Assembly: GCA_000708835.1 (NCBI GenBank)
Contig: DF237154.1
Location: 62,001 to 126,000 of the forward strand
Origin: Klebsormidium nitens
Taxonomy: Eukaryota > Plantae > Klebsormidiophyceae
DNA length: 64,000 nt
Direction: 5' to 3'
Positions 26,201 to 38,400 of the stretch are shown one piece after another. The notes beneath the pieces were generated by a model, which was given only the letters and a program-made list of their open reading frames with translations, did not search any database and was not told the DNA's origin. The translations under genes and the position numbers were made by a program. The first letter of the stretch is position 1. Every line of letters begins with the position of its first letter.

Positions 26201-27430
26201 AAGCTGGTTACACAGCCTTTCACCTTTGAGAAGTATTCGTTTGTTTCTCTGGTCAATATTCTCGTTCCGCTTGATCCTCTGAATTCTTCACACCGTAGAG
26301 CTTACGTGCTGTAAATTCCAGCTGCAGACCTCGCAGGTCCTGTCATCCATCTATAACTTCTTCCTCACATGGTCGGCTGTGCGTGCAGGTACGGCAACTG
26401 GGTTGATTCCTTTTGGGTGATCCCCACTGGGCCCACCAGCTGCCACGTCACCGTCGACTACTGGCTGGCCCCGCAAGATGCCGCCGAGGTGAGCTGGGGA
26501 ATTCAAGTTGCCGTTATATGGCTTCAGGACTTCTGCCCGATTGGCATGGTTTCTGACTGGTTGTCCTTTCAGTCCAAGTGGTTGCGTCGTAAGTTGGGGG
26601 CCAATGCAAGTTGCAAGTGTCCTGGTTTAGTTGTTTTGGAACGCTGCTTGGCGGCTGCTCAACCCGTGCATTGTCTCGGCACCCAGCTTGGTCCTCCCTC
26701 GAAAGATTGTTTCTCCAATGAATTGTCTCAGATGCTCGAACGTTGACAAAGATATGTTCTCCGACCGTATCACGCATGGAGTCGAATGACTTTTCTCTTA
26801 CAGACAGCTGTAAGAGGGAACTCATTCGACTCCATGCGAAGTATGCGGTTCGTAAGCTGTCAGCCCGTTGTCTTGCGTTGTGGTCAGCCCTGTGCCGACA
26901 TGTGCGTGACGATGTGCAGATCAGCGACGAAACCCTGGAGGAGAACTGGGTCCGCACTGATGTCCTACAGGTAAAACATCGGTAATCGATCCTTCAAGAG
27001 TCAGACGGGTTTTGTAAGTAGCATTCTCGGAAAAGAGCTCTCAGAAGGAAGGAAAATGGTGAACAATGTGTCGCCTTTCCGATGAAAAGACATTGGAAAC
27101 TCGACGAGATCAACCCGATAACATGGCACGAGAACCCGTTCCGGTTTGATAACAGCTCGAGTAGAAGCGAACGCCTTTATGACAATGTATTAATGAGCTT
27201 TGACCATCACCATCGCCGGCAACCCTGTAAGCGCCCAATTGATGCGCAAACTCAAACGGTGTCTTTTACTTGCTCAGGACGAAGACGTGTTCCTCTGCGA
27301 GGCGGTGCAAAAGGGCCTCGCCTCTGGCATGTTCGAGTCCGGACGATACGTGGCGCCGCAAGAAGAGGCACCGCACCACTTCCACCGACTGATCCACTCT
27401 GACTTCGTTGCTTATGAAAAGGATCTCTAA
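20219..27430 (+). CDS. CMO: Choline monooxygenase-like Rieske non-heme iron oxygenase
   Basis: Core exons: 21383-21572, 22228-22273, 22714-22849, 23520-23594, 24045-24183, 24662-24792, 25269-25364, 25948-26060, 26389-26488, 26920-26970, 27278-27430. Motifs: WDPKLPLDEGSCPPRAWY..RWQAVG; Rieske ligands NTCRH..CPFH|AWTY; mononuclear-Fe motif NYLDGGYHIPYNH; YPNLLINRYG; EDVFLCEAVQKGL..GRY..HHFHRLIH. The N-terminus is uncertain. ATG 20219 (MAVSQSLLQSRAMSSALAS.., Ser/Ala-rich, transit-peptide-like) is a guess; the core is confident from 21383. Confidence 0.85.
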
Positions 27431-28382
27431 CCAGCTAACTCCCTGCTAATCAGTCTGATACGGCTGGACTGGTCCCCTGATCAAATGACCTGAAGAGGTT
27501 TCCTAGCATGATGAACTTTTGTCTGCTAACGCCGAATTTTTCGAAGTTAAGATAGCGGTCGATTGGGCTGCAGAAAGTTTGGGCTTGGTCAGACAGTCAG
27601 GCCACGGATTGCCTTTCGAACTTTCTCGTAGAGCTCAAGAAATGCTTCAATCGTTGACCAAGTGTAGGTTGAAAGCGATTTTCTGCGAGTATACATAGCG
27701 TCGTTTCTGCGTAGTTCATAAAGCGCGACTCTCGACTCTCTCTCATAATTGTCCTCTGATGCTCGCATATATCAGCCATACTTTGTCTAGGCCTTTGCTC
27801 GGATATCTCATCATGGCATGCTTATCGTCCCTTTTGCTGGTGGAAGATTGAAGAAAATTGGAAACATTCGAGTCAGCCTGGTGTCGAAGTGATTCGTTCC
27901 AGCAACTGCCATGCGCGGTAAGTCCATCATGTCATGGTCGTTGATTAAGCTGGAGGCTGGGTTTTATGCCGGCTAGGCCCTAAAATCATTGGTCAATTAG
28001 AGGGAGAGAAACTAAGCTGCATCAACAAGTCGGCGCTTGGAACAACTGGCAAGTTGCTGAACTGGGTATCTTGAGTATAATAGCTGTCATGACTCATGGG
28101 GCAGGGACGTCCTGACCTTCTGAATTCTTCTCTGATACTAATAACATGCATATTAGACCAAAGATCTGCAGTTCTTCGCCCAATTTACAAGACAGGACTC
28201 GGATTCAGCGCAGTGCAATCATGACACGCTGACACGATGTGACGACAGCTCAAGCATTCAGGACCCGGGCCCCCGCGGCCGGCCTGCTCTAGCCTCTTTA
28301 TCGGAAATTGGAATCCTAGCTGACGGCGTGATTTGGTCGCGAATCGTCACCAAATCTTGAGATTCTGGCGGTCCTTATGCCC

Positions 28383-28521
28383 NNNNNNNNNNNNNNNNNN
28401 NNNNNNNNNNNNNNNNNNNNNNNNNNNNNNNNNNNNNNNNNNNNNNNNNNNNNNNNNNNNNNNNNNNNNNNNNNNNNNNNNNNNNNNNNNNNNNNNNNNN
28501 NNNNNNNNNNNNNNNNNNNNN
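28383..28521. other. Assembly gap (run of N)
   Basis: 139 consecutive N in the sequence. Confidence 1.
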
Positions 28522-28525
28522 AACC

Positions 28526-28580
28526 TTTCCGAATTTCAACTTTCCGAACGGGAAATCCGAATTTCTGACTTTCCGAACGC
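28526..28580. repeat. Short degenerate tandem repeat (TTCCGAA-rich) directly after the gap
   Basis: tccgaatttcaactttccgaacg is followed by tccgaatttctgactttccgaacg, and an inverted ttcggaa lies at ~28598. Confidence 0.6.
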
Positions 28581-29461
28581 AGATAATTATTTAATTATTC
28601 GGAATCATTACCTTGGACTACGGTATTGCGGCCATCCGCTCGCCTGGGCACCAGGCGCAGCCACCGGGCTTGCCTAACTAGGTAGTTGGAACTTGGAAAT
28701 CGGCCATGTGGCAAACAGAACCGTCCACCATTTCTCTGTGGAGCATCGGACGGTTCTCCTCCGCTGGATAAGTAAGGGGGTTCTGCTGCTGCTTTTACTC
28801 GTCTCTAGACTCGTCCGGTGCCCGGAGTCCAAGACCGGGCGGACGCTGGACTCACCTGCGGCAGAAGAGAAGCAAGTTCAAGCAACGACAAGCATCCGTC
28901 AGGATCCATCACAAGGATACGTCTCGTGTACCGGTACCTACCGTACTTCATGTGCTGATTGTGCTGAAGAAGAAAGGAGGAATTCTGAATGCTTCTAGCT
29001 GAGTTCTAGCAGTACAGCTGTTTGCGTCAAACTTGCCATCGGGTTCCAGACTCTCGGAGCGTGGTTCCTGATCTTGAGCCGTCCGATGCCTGCCTTGTCG
29101 TCAATCGAACGGTCCAAGATCAGGAACCATGATCGGAGCATCTGAAACCCGATGGCAGCTTTGACGCAAAGAGCTGTACTATTATAGCTGTCGAAAGATA
29201 CATTCATTCGGCAACAGCGGCCAGCTTGGGAGGCTGCGCAGCAGATAGGTTACCTACATCAAAGGATATGCGAAGACATCTGCGCTGACTAGGAAGTTGG
29301 AGCCAAGCTCAAAATCGTCTCGGGGCGGACCTGCTGCGCCCCGAGGGGAAATTGGCGGTGACTGGGGGCGGCTCCTCTGAGTTCTGGATAAGAGGCTGTG
29401 GTCTTTTGATTGCGCAAGCACTTTGCATCTGCTGAATTATTGAAAAGTTGGTTCTTCAACA

Positions 29462-32400
29462 ATGCTCACCCTAGCAGACATTCATAAGGCCAGGATTGTC
29501 GGCGATGGCGAAGAGATTGTCCTTCTTGGACATGTGAGTGGGCCTGTTCACTGCTTACAACTACACAGCTTTTATCCACAAAATCCAGAATTGGTCGAAT
29601 TTTTCGCAGATACTGAATGTAAGTTGGTGATAGTCAAAGCTAAAGCGAAATATTGTGGAAGTGGAGGAACTATTGCCATCCCAGAGGTTCCTGAGCTGTC
29701 AGCCAGAGTTTTTATTGCACCGTAGCTTGTTTGTTTTAAGCTTTCTTGCAGATCCTGTGGCAGCTCCTCCTACTGCGACTCTATCTCGCTTGTGGGTACT
29801 GAAGGCGCAATTGTGGGTCTTAAGCAGATGCTGGGAGACTTGAACAATCCTGAGTCGCACGCAGTACAGGGTTTGAGCTCAATTTGTAGAGGAGGCGCCT
29901 CAAACGCTGATGGAGCTTCTTTATTGATCTTTCCGGACACCCTCAGCAGTTCCAAGCATTGAGCTTCTCATCTGGTTGAATGTTGTGGTTCATATGAGAC
30001 GATATTTTCGCTTTCATTGGGGCAGTAAGTTTATCCTCTTGGCCACTCCGTGTGAGCTCATCTTTCCGGAGTGGATTTCCTTGACATCTCCAGGTCTTCC
30101 ACACGTTCCGCTGTATCCCATTGGCAGAGACATATAACTCCTATTAATATGTGTGCCCTCATTTAAAAAATAATAACGTGACAGTAAAGTACGCAATGCC
30201 AGTCACTTCACTCTGCCCAATTAACGCCTTGTTCCGCCTGGGTGCTTTCTTTCTGGCTTTTGTGTTTCCCTGCAGGAACCTAGGCAACACGGCGTGGAGA
30301 TTCGAAAGAAATTGCAAGAAATGCGACAATTTCACCTTTCATCTGTCTCGCCTTTCCTTCTTGAATCTGATTTTGACAAGCCCCCATTTCACAGGGCTTT
30401 GGCACAGACCAGACCGTGTGGCACAATCTGGAGCCCCTCCTGCTACGGCGTCGCTTCCGAGTCATGCTCTACAACCTGATGGGCCAGGGGACAGGTGTCC
30501 CCACCGGCTTCTCCAGCACATCTCTCGGCCACTCAGCAAACTCGAGGGTTTCGGTGGACAGCAATGGCTCGGACAGCCCCAAAGCGACGGGCAAGAAAGC
30601 CACCGCAATCGAGCGCGCGACCTCGGACGTGGCGAACGAGGAGTTTGAGCGGGAGCTCAAGGCGTTGCAGCTGTCGCAGCACGGTGGGGCCGGCGAGAGC
30701 CGACGGGGGATGTTTGGGAGGAAGATCAACGAGTCGTTCAGCCGGCTGTTCACACGGAGCAAAAAGAAGAGCAAGGCCGGGGAAACGGCGGTGAGCGAGA
30801 AAACGCATGAGGAGGAACCGGTCGAGTTGCACCCGGAGGAGAGCGCCAACGGGGCAGCGTCCAAAGATCCGGAGTTCTCAGGGAGGCGGGATTTCAAGAT
30901 TGAGGATCTTGACAGGGAGGGAGACGAGCGGCCTGAGCGGATAGACGAGGAGGAAACGGAAGGGATCGTGTCGGCCGAGGACTTCAACCATTCTCGGTAC
31001 ACCACACTGGACGCGTTTGCGGAGGACTTGATTAATCTTATGGACGAGATGGGGGTGAAGCAGTGCATCTATGTGGGGCACTCGGTGTCGGGCATGATTG
31101 GGCTGGTGGCGAGTGTCAGGCGGCCGGACCTATTCAAGAAGCTCGTGCTGCTGACGAGCTCCCCGAGGCAAGCCTCCAAGTTGTCCCCTTTGTTTCCATT
31201 ATCAAAACTCACTAACGTGCTGAGCTGAGCTTGTATGGTTCGTCTTATCCTTCCTCTTGCTATCACTTGTCAAGGACCAGCAATGGGCGACTCGCTTTCA
31301 AGGAGTCTCTTGGGCTTGTCTCTGGTGTAGAGTATGAGGTAAGTGACAAAAGAGGTGTCATGCATGCAAGATCTGAGGAGAGGTCTTGGTCTTGGGCAGT
31401 TCGGAACGTCCTTCATTGTTTGATTGTACTGGACTTCTATAATTCTGAGGAGCAAGGTGCAAGACAGTGGATGGTCTTCTTCCCCCTACTCTGAGACTCG
31501 CAGCATGGTTCTTGTTGCGTCTTCTCTTTACTTACTTGTGAAATAGCTTGCAAGTGCTTGTATTCGACTTGATAAAAATCATTGACTCTGCATTGGGTGA
31601 TGGTGCCAGCCCGTGTTGATTGATTGACTTGCTGCTCTTCTGGTTGAGCCACCCGAATCTACTTTTCCAAAGATTGCTTAGCTACTTCCAAGGTACTGAG
31701 GTTGATTTCAAGTGCTTACTGACATACAGATTCGATGAGTGCTTCTTTGATTCATTGAAGTATTGCAGCTGCTGCGAGCTGGCAATCAGAAGACAGCACT
31801 AGTCTAAGGGTCAAAGTAAGGAATGTTATCCCCTTAAGAATCAAAGTCGCTGGCTGCCTTGAAAAGAGCAATTGTCTTGTGTCTTACTCTCTGCTTTACA
31901 CTACAGTCACTGCAGCCGCTGTCTCCAGTGTGCATGAGTGTTGAGAGAGCTCCACAACTCGTTCTCTGTTCCCTGTCAAACCTCCTCTCATAAGCAGTCC
32001 CGCTCGGGAGAAGGTTCGCGTCCCCTTGATCTTGAGGTCCGCGCCCCCATTGTCTTTGCAATTTGTTTGTAACAAAACTTGCTTACGAATCTGGCTGGGG
32101 TCCCTCCTTTCCATGGTTCACGTATGGCTCACGTATGTGCACCTGCGCTGAGAAGTGTCCTTGTACTCTTCCTCCTCACGAGCGGCTACGGTTGTCATCT
32201 CCTTCCTCTTCTTAGCCGCCTCAGCTTCGACCTGTGGGTCCCGCTGTCTGCAGCCGTCGTTTTCCACTGCTTTTGCGTGTCTGTCGTGTCATCTTTGTGG
32301 CCTTGTCATTTGTTGTCCCGGGAGAAACACCCTTCTTCATCGTCCCTTAAAGTATTGCCAATTGTTTCCTTGTAGTGCAAGGGCGTGAGCCAGCTAGCCC

Positions 32401-33669
32401 TTCTTCCTTTTTCGCAGTGACACCTCTTTTTTTTCTCCAGGGTAAAGCTCAACCTCCTCTCCTTCTCTTCTAGTTGAGCGCCGATACTAACCCAGTCTTT
32501 CTCTTGATTTCGTGCTAACCCTACTTTCATTCTCCATCCGCAGATATCTCAACGACGGCGACTACGTGGGTGGATTCCAGGACGAGGACATCGATAACCT
32601 GCTGGCGTCGATCAAGACCAACTACAAGGCGTGGGTCCAGGGTTTTGCACCGGTGGCCATTCACACTCCCGACAACGAGGCGGTGGCGGATTACGCGGCG
32701 GGGCTACTGGACGTGCGGCCCGATGTGGCGTACTGCATACTGAGTACCATCTTCCGGTCGGACTACCGGCACCTCCTGCCCGAGGTGAGGCCACTTGCGC
32801 ATATGCTGCTTATCTTCTCAGGCCTTTGCTTGTCTTACCTTGCATGGTCTGCTGTTGCCGTTCAAAGGGACTCGTCGGTGGGAGCAGAGGACTATTCTAA
32901 CGCGGGCAGAAAAGGTGGGGAGCGAAGGGGATGGGAAGAGTGCAGAAGAAGAGAGAACTGGCGGAGGCTACGCATTCTCTTATTGGCCGGGTTGTCGAAT
33001 TGTAGCTCAATGAGCTATCTCGTTGCTATAGCATAGAGAGCCAAGCCAACCTACGTAATTGATGCGTTGGCCGTATTCGTTCCATGTTATACTTCCACTT
33101 CTGCTTTGAACGTGGAGTCGTCAGTGTCAGCGGTCTGCTTTTTGAGGAGGTCGTGTGCGTCTTGGCATGCCTTAGCTGGTTTTCATCGACACTCTGGAGC
33201 TCTTGGCTGGGATTCGCTTGCGCTTGCAAGGGCCCTCCGAAAGTCGAAGGAAGCGTCCAGAAGCTTGAGAACCTCCAATAGACGCTCTCGATGGGATTCA
33301 GCTTCTAGGTTTCTTGCTGGTGCTGGCACGTACATCCTGTTGATAGCGCGGCCATTGTTAGACTGACCCTCTTCATCCTGGTCGCTGTCAATAGATCGAC
33401 ATTCAAGTCGTCTTGCTTTGCCTGTGGACAAACAGGAGGGAACCCTGTGCTAAGCAGCGGGTCTTGCCCATGTGTAGGTGTCGGTACCGTGCCACGTGTT
33501 GGTGAGCAACAACGACGTGGCGGTCCCGCTCGGTGTGGGCGAATACATGCACAAGCACCTGCCCAACAGCGCTCTGGAGGTCCTGTCTACCCACGGGCAT
33601 CTGCCGCACCTGAGCTCCCCCATGCTTGTGAACGCGGCCCTCATCAAGCATATCGAGCAATTACCTTAG
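29462..33669 (+). CDS. KAI2: KAI2/D14-like (RsbQ-family) alpha/beta-hydrolase with a large internal insertion, 4 exons
   Basis: Exons 29462-29533 (MLTLADIHKARIVGDGEEIVLLGH), 30395-31167 (GFGTDQTVWHNL..LYNLMGQG..[insert]..RYTTLDAF..YVGHSVSGMIG..SSPR), 32544-32784 (YLNDGDYVGGF..NYKAWVQGFAP..RPDVA..TIFRSDYRHLLP) and 33478-33669 (VSVPCHVL..NDVAVP..GHLPHLSSP). The Ser (GHSVS), Asp (NDVAVP) and His (GHLPH) triad is intact. KAI2 versus D14 sub-clade cannot be settled without a tree. Confidence 0.92.
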
Positions 33670-35402
33670 GAGGGCGCACAGTCTGTTGAGCTCGACGGTC
33701 AAGCCCCGACAGCTACTCCAGAGCAGTTTTGCATCCAAAGTGCTGCCAGAAATGGCCGTGCATGCTGTACGAGGCCGTTGAATGGACAGGTCTTTGGCCA
33801 TGGAGTTCTTACTAAATTGATAGCTTGACATCAAGCAGCGAAGGCACTAAAATTGCGGGAGATTGTGAGCTGTCAGTATACCCTGCTGTAATCGCTGAAT
33901 GGAAGGAAGCGTTTGAGTATTTGTAAGCTATAGGTCGCGGTTTCCAATAATGTTGTTGAGGGATGTACTAACGTCTAGACTTGTCAGTCTCAGGAATAGG
34001 CATGATCTACCTGCGAGCGAGCGCCGCAAGACCCATTAGCCAACCATTAGAACGAAAACAGTTTGAAACCGCTAAAAAGCAGTAAGTTCTGAATAGTTGA
34101 GACGACGATGGCCGGCATCCACACACAGACACGTAGACAGTGTGACTATTTATCCATTATTATGAAGCCGCTGGACCGGCATATAAAATTGTTTGTTAGT
34201 TTATTTGACTGTGCATTTGCAAAGTATGAGGACATTGCACTCGAAGACTCACACGGCCGGCGCTTGTTGCTTTTGTATGAGAACTGATGAGCCGCGTGTG
34301 CTTAACTAGTTACTAGTTGCCGAATTGGCATGGCGCGCCCCATGGAATGATTGTAGCAAAGTCGCGAGACCGTCTTGAAATTTCTGCACTTGATTCATAT
34401 CAAGTTCGGATCGATTTCCATGGATATTTTCAGAAGCGTTGCATGTATACCAAGCTAAAATGTGTACATATGTGGCTAGCTGTCCGCGATCCGATGATCA
34501 GGTCAGATTTCATATTTGGTGCGCGCACATGGCCAGACGCTTGGGTCGGTGCACGACCGTTTTCTTATAATCCATGCTATCGACTCGAATGCGTGTTTTG
34601 CAAAAGCGGCAGCGCGCCCGGTGCTGTGCTGCATGCACGCAACTCGCTCATCATGAGGGTCGGACTGCGGCCCTCCCACTAGAGACGACGAGCATAGCAC
34701 ACCATCTTCAAGATATGTACCTAGGTCGTCTGAACAACTGGCCCATCCTCACTACGCGCTTTATTGGTCAACTGTGTGTTTGGCAGAGGATAGAAATGCA
34801 GTGAGAATGTTTGCCACCTATATGTACATTGCCTGCTCTTTGTTCCTTGGTTCAACTGTCGGTAAGTACGTTCGAGTCTTCTTTCGTATGTAAGTAGCAT
34901 TCTGTACTGTTCGATCTACTATGTAGTCGCTGCACATTTAAGGATCTCGTTGAGTTTCTTTCCTTGAATGACTGACGGCACGTAATGCTGTGTGTTTGAA
35001 TGTTGCTGTCTTCTGCGTGCAATGTGTCAGGAGCTGTGTCTGCACCGAAATGGATCCGTGAACTGCATCTGATCCTTGATGATGCACCCCGTGACGTCCT
35101 ACTTTTGACTATGCTATTGGGGGATCCCCCTTGGAAAGATTGCGGTGTTACCTTGACTACCTGCGATGCAATACCTGAGCGGATCGATGCACATGTGACG
35201 ACCAATCAAGTGCCAACCCCTACTATGTCAATCCCCACCCTTGACTAAATACACCCACCATTCTTCGTTACCGCATTGCTAAACAACCTTCCTTGGAGAG
35301 TCAGCCACGTTGAAATTGCCTTCTAGCTTTCTCATCGTAAGCATTAAATGGACTCCGCCTCATGACCTCAACTCGAGATTTCAACGATGGGCATCAGTGA
35401 CG

Positions 35403-38400
35403 TCACGATGGCATCGAGCGTGGTTTCGGCGGGCAGCCCCCCATCTCGAGATCCGCCATTTCGGAGATCGCTGGTGCCCCCGGTTCGCTTCGTCGTTGCC
35501 GGCTTAGCAGCTTTTCGTCCAGGGAACTCTTCCGCAATTTGCGGACCATGTCCCGGGGGCTGACCCGGCTTCTCGGCGGGCCCGGCGACTGCGAGCGGCG
35601 GGTGCGGGTCGCCTCCTTCTGGAGGAGCGCGGTCGGGGTAAGCAGCGCAACCGGCGACACGAGCGCGGCCGCCTCCGCCTGGTCCAGGCGCGCGCGTGCC
35701 ATTTCTTTGATCATCGAGTGCAGCTTCTCCGCGTTCAGGGGCTTACTGGAGGGGGGTGGAAGCGAACAGCCGTTGGATCTCTTTTCTCGAAGGGACGTTT
35801 GTAAACGAAGCCGTCAGCCTTTCAACCCTGTTCGTAAGTTGTGCAGCTTGCGATTGGATGACAAAACACATCAGATCGGCGCTTCCATCACACAAGATCC
35901 AAGTTGCGTTACATAAAGCGTCCCTTTCATTTGAATTGGAGCCCGGGTTCTCTAACCCCTCGTTTGAGGCCCCTTGTGTGTTGCATTCTTCCGTGGCAGA
36001 GAGGCTCTCTTGTGGCACAGCAGGGTGACGTAAGCCCATCTTGACCTCCTCCGGCTGTGGCTTACCACTCTCGTGGCCATTACATACCGCTGTCTAGAGA
36101 AACCCCTTTTCAACCACAAGTCTTGACAGCTCGGCCCCCTCAATTCCTGACACCCTCGCACCCACCTGATGTAGGCGTCCATCCCCAGCGCGAGGCAGCG
36201 CTCCGCGTCGCCGGACATGGCGTGTGCCGTCATGGCCACGATCGGCGTCGGCCGGCGCTGCAGTCGCAGCTCCCACGCACGGATGGCGGCGGTCGCGGCA
36301 AACCCGTCCATGACCGGCATTTGGACCTGGGGGTTAAGCGAACCGATTAAGCCATTTGTATTTGGGCCAGAAGCAAGAACGAAAAACAAAGTCCAACCGG
36401 AGAAGTAACAGGACGAGTACCTTTCAATGAAAGACTGACGTGATTCACTAATCCCAACCGACCGGGTTCCGAGCAGCACATCTGACGGGGAGAGAAAGCG
36501 AGACTGTGAATGCAGGCCGGATTAGCTACCAGCGAGGAAATCGATCCGACGGCTTACGTCCATGAGAATGAGATCGAACGGCTCCTTTTCGACCATATCG
36601 ACGGCTTCCCGCCCATTTCCCGCCAGCTTCAACGTATGGCCCCACTTCGTAAGTAGCGCGGTCGCCACTTTCTGGTTCACCGCATTGTCTTCGGTGACCA
36701 ACACGTGCAGGCTGCCCCGCAAGGGGGATCCCCGGGGCGCTTTTCGCGCCGGGGGGGTGAGCCCCGTGGAACCGGTTTGCCCGATCGCGGCGTGCACCGC
36801 GCGCAACAAGCTGTCCTCTTTGATGGGCTTCGCGCAGTGGCCCTGCGCGAGCGGCGTTAGAAAGCTTCAAACAGCCAGGACAAAGGAGTCTCGCTTCTGC
36901 TTTCTTTTCCATCAGCAGTTTGCATTCTCTCGACTGTACGCTTGACAGGCTAAGATTGTGCGCGAGCGAAGTGCCCACCTGCACCTGCAGCTCGCGCATC
37001 CTTTCCGCGTGCTCGGCGGCGGACAGCGCTAAGGTCAGCGCCACGACCGCCGTCTTCGCCAACAACACCGGCGCCTTCTCCCTGACGTCAGCAACCATGT
37101 CGAGGCCCCCCATCCCAGGCATGCAGACGTCAGCCAGCACAAGCCGGAAGGCCCTCCCCCCTTTGGCGGCGGAGTGTAACGCTTCTATGCCGGCGGGGCC
37201 GGACGTTACGACCGTGGGTGACATGCCCCAGGATGCGGTCATACCGCCCAAGATGCGACCGCTCGTGACGTTGTCGTCCACGATCAAAACCGGCAGTTTC
37301 TGCGGGGATAGATTTCCTGAATCAGTAATTGACGTACTCAAATCCGCGTTGCAACCACAGCTCTTGTGCTGTCCAAACATATAGGCGGAAGTCTGGTCTA
37401 GCTCTTACATTGGTCATGTGCGGTTTTCTGTGCTCTGGGTCTTCGGGCCAGCAGTCTTCAGAATGTTTCTCCTTCCAATCTGACCCTTTCTGTAGATGGG
37501 AGCGGTTATAGATTTGATAAAGCTTGCAAATTTCGGATCTGACTGAGTACAGCTAGCTGCGTGATCTTCCCATCTCGCACAAAGCCACCGAGATAGGAGG
37601 CTGTTTGCTGTTTCCAGCTCACACCACGGTTTCTCGCACCTTACCTCTCTTCTGAAAGACAAAAGCTAACAGTTACAGAGTGTCCTGGACGCTCAACTTC
37701 GAACTTCGAGTTCAACCTCAAATCTGAAACCTCAGAATTTCGTTGCAGATCGCCGACTCGATCCTCTCGGAAGGATTTTTTCAGACCTCCCACCTCAGCG
37801 TTCTAAGATTCAACAAAAAAGAGTCAATCACTGCAGGTATGAAGCCGACCGACATTCAGCGACTTCTGCGCGCGCGCGCACCTGGAGCGCCTCGAGCATT
37901 GCCGCGGATCGCTTAGCTGGCGGCGTATCGCTGAGCTGGAAGACGGCGGTGAACAGAAAGTTGCTGCCCTGCCCCTCGTGCGATTCCACCCACATGGACC
38001 CCGCCATTGAGGCGGCCAGCTTGGCGCTGATAACTAGACCGAGCCCGGTTCCGCCGTACACGCGGGTGGTGGACGAGTCCACCTGGGAGAACGGACGGAA
38101 CAGCAGCGACTGCTTCTCCAGCGGAATGCCAATGCCTGGACGGAAAGAAAAGGGGCGCGTTCAAACATAAATCAAGTCACAGAGAATAGGTAAGATCTGG
38201 ATGAGCGGAAGCCCTCGAGGGCTTGGGGCGCCTGTACACATTGAGCCGTTTCAACTTACGCCGTGTAGTTTGAAATGCTCTAGCAGATGTCGTAAGAAGC
38301 CTTTCCAGCCTGTTGTTGAACATGAAACAAACCCACAGTGCGACAAGCTCTTCGGGAAGAGTTCTCTTTGAGACCGTACAAAGTGATCAACTTTATCTTG

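Noticed and set aside
30495-30979. KAI2 insertion interpreted as an intron
   Set aside because: Weak donors exist, but there is no pyrimidine-rich acceptor or branch point. The region is open in frame for ~157 codons with coding-like codon use, and splicing it out would shorten the conserved loop.
30469-31068. 199-aa minus-strand ORF
   Set aside because: It is the antisense shadow of the GC-rich KAI2-like exon 2 and has no recognisable motifs.
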